A stretch of 39,701 nucleotides of DNA from Candidatus Yonathbacteria bacterium RIFOXYC2_FULL_47_9 (GTDB lineage: Bacteria > Patescibacteriota > Minisyncoccia > Phycocordibacterales > UBA1550): the NCBI GenBank assembly GCA_001825115.1, contig MHUY01000016.1, positions 13,792-53,492 of the forward strand, in the 5' to 3' direction. The notes under the pieces are model-generated. The model had not been told where the DNA came from, ran no database searches, and worked only from the letters and a program-made list of their open reading frames with translations. Positions 37,860-39,701 of the stretch are shown here, one piece after another (the first letter of the stretch is position 1; every line of letters begins with the position of its first letter). A program made the translations under genes and the position numbers.

Positions 37860-38039
37860 TCCCGATTTCTTAAGTTGTAATCAACTTGTTGAAATCGCAG
37901 TGTCCTAGATTTATCATGGCCCCACCATTTTGGGAATGAGAGTAATCTCGAAGACCTACAAAATGGATGGTCTCGACCGCAAGGAGAGGCGTTCATACCA
38001 GTATGCATGTTTTTATGGAACTATTGTATTATTTAATGT

Positions 38040-38495
38040 ATGGAAATTAGAGACTATAATAAAAAGGACAAAGAAGCGGTGCAAAATATTTTTACCAAGT
38101 ACTGGACTGACGAGGAATTCTTGAGCGAGCTCTCAGAAAATATAGATAGTGGCAAGATGCATTTTTATGTTGCAGAAAAAGATGGAGAAGTGATTGGTGT
38201 TGCTGGGTTTAGAGAAGCACCAGAATACCTTCATGATTATGCGGAAACAAAAAATCCCGCAGAGTTGTATGTAGTAGCTTCTCAATTACAAAATGAAGGT
38301 ATTGGGAGCATGCTTGTACAAAAAGTAATTGATGAAGCAAAGAATTTATATTTTACAGAAATAGAATGCTATAGCCCTGAAACCCATAGTAGCTCATGGA
38401 AATTCTATGAGAAACTTGGGTTTACGAGACACGGAATTATCAAGGATCCTGACGATGGATACCCCGGAATGCTCTGGAGAAAAATTATTTTATAG
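38040..38495 (+). CDS. GNAT family N-acetyltransferase
   Basis: YVAEKDGEVIG, LQNEGIGSML, FYEKLGF. Confidence 0.9.
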   Translation: MEIRDYNKKDKEAVQNIFTKYWTDEEFLSELSENIDSGKMHFYVAEKDGEVIGVAGFREAPEYLHDYAETKNPAELYVVASQLQNEGIGSMLVQKVIDEAKNLYFTEIECYSPETHSSSWKFYEKLGFTRHGIIKDPDDGYPGMLWRKIIL

Positions 38496-38671
38496 CAACC
38501 GACTAAGGTAAATTTTTATCTCCCTTGGCGCTCGAACATCTTTAGTCCCCTCTCAGTCCCGTTCCAGCTCAAAGCACTGACCTATTTACAAACGCGGAGC
38601 CAACAAGAAAAATCAGAGATATGGAATCTCCGGTTTTTTCTTTTTATTTTAATCCTTGATATAGTTCTTAT

Positions 38672-39118
38672 ATGAAAGACATCACCCTCCATGCCAAGTG
38701 GCTTATCAAGGCTCCTCTAACTGAGGTGTTTAACGTAATGACTGACTTTGAAAAATGGCCTGACTATTTTCCAAAAGTTGCGGAATCTATACAAGTCGTG
38801 AAGCGCGACGGAAATAATTTAGAAATGATTGCGACCGTAAAATCGTTTGGTAAAAAGTTTCCCGTAAAAATGAAATACCAAATCCTCCCAGGGAAAGGGT
38901 ACATTTCCGATAATGAAAACCCTGAATTTGGAACTTCTGGCCACGAAGAATTTTTACTCTCTGAACACCCCGAAGGAACGATAATCGATTACACGTATCA
39001 AGTTGCCATTCATCGACGCTTACTTCGCATAATTGCACGTCCACTCATTGGTTGGTTTTCCATGAAGTACTGGCAGAAAGCTGTCATAGATGAACTAAGA
39101 AAAAGACTCGAGAAATAA
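38672..39118 (+). CDS. SRPBCC (START-like) family protein
   Basis: IKAPLTEVFNVMTDFEKWPDYFP. Confidence 0.85.
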   Translation: MKDITLHAKWLIKAPLTEVFNVMTDFEKWPDYFPKVAESIQVVKRDGNNLEMIATVKSFGKKFPVKMKYQILPGKGYISDNENPEFGTSGHEEFLLSEHPEGTIIDYTYQVAIHRRLLRIIARPLIGWFSMKYWQKAVIDELRKRLEK

Positions 39119-39135
39119 AACCCCCATCAGAATGT

Positions 39136-39501
39136 ATGAATATCCCCAGGAAAAAATTTGTTATCCTCTTCATCATTTCTGGATTCGCTTTTCTTTTTAT
39201 CTCTACCTCGCTTTTAGGGACAACAGGGCCCCAAGGTTTTCCTCAGTCGCCCGACTCTATCCTCAGAACTGGTAGCGACTCGGGGGTAACCTGGAAGAGC
39301 GCCGCCTCCACAATTATATTACCTATCAAAATTGTTTTGATAGGACCTTTGGCTCTGCCGCAGATTAATTTTTTAAAAGAAGATCCACCACCACCTTTTA
39401 TTGGCATCTACTTTATTTTCTACTGGACTATTCTTGCCTCAATTATTCATTATTTCCTTGGGAACGTCCAAGAGTCTACGGCCGAGCCGCGAATCTACTG
39501 A
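39136..39501 (+). CDS. Hypothetical membrane protein
   Basis: Three hydrophobic segments. Confidence 0.7.
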   Translation: MNIPRKKFVILFIISGFAFLFISTSLLGTTGPQGFPQSPDSILRTGSDSGVTWKSAASTIILPIKIVLIGPLALPQINFLKEDPPPPFIGIYFIFYWTILASIIHYFLGNVQESTAEPRIY

Positions 39502-39542
39502 TTCGGAACCAGCTGATTCGAAAACGCTCTTAGGCATATTTG

Positions 39543-39701
39543 CTACTGAGCAGCAGATGGGGCTATGAACGTTACTACTTCTGAAGCGAACGAAGCCTGG
39601 TCCTCTGTTTGGCTGGCATTATGTGAGCGGCCGTATATCCAAACAGAATATTCTTTGTTGGGAATTAACGCAGCACTGTCATACACTTTAGAAATTTCAG
39701 G
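39543..39701 (-). CDS. 3' end of a hypothetical protein (truncated by the window)
   Basis: Open frame PEISKVYDSAALIPNKEYSVWIYGR...APSAAQ*. Confidence 0.5.
   Translation of the reverse strand, partial: PEISKVYDSAALIPNKEYSVWIYGRSHNASQTEDQASFASEVVTFIAPSAAQ

Noticed and set aside
30371..37860. CRISPR array, IS ends or classical integron attC interpretation of the repeats
   Set aside because: Spacing is kilobases, there are no cas, transposase or IntI tyrosine recombinase genes, and the repeats are direct and match the tRNA 3' end.
37766..38124. ORFs 37766-38008(-) and 37930-38124(+)
   Set aside because: They overlap repeat 3, its hairpin or the GNAT gene; no protein-like signal.

Overview
This is probably a Patescibacteria (CPR/Parcubacteria-like) chromosome segment; the taxon is inferred from gene content and style. 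Bases 1-7350 are housekeeping genes (priA, def, fmt, DUF2207, cyclophilin, hpf, DUF167, pyk). From tRNA-Asn(GTT) at 7357-7428 onward is a more AT-rich genomic island. A large serine recombinase ends inside the tRNA. Three downstream repeats (cores at 30386, 31904, 37760) each join the tRNA 3' end to an in-frame alternative recombinase C-terminus (LRTWDEVQ...). This suggests a split integrase with a nested array of attR sites that delimit cargo segments. Cargo includes a satellite-like TerS/Xis module, a type I RM operon with inserted genes, GmrSD, a NYN nuclease with an antisense sRNA and several structured RNA candidates. It also includes an unusual five-gene cluster: aldo-keto reductase, radical SAM, truncated AlaRS paralog, NTase-like protein and a divergent RlmN/Cfr-like methylase. 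All calls are by-eye motif recognition; no database searches were run.
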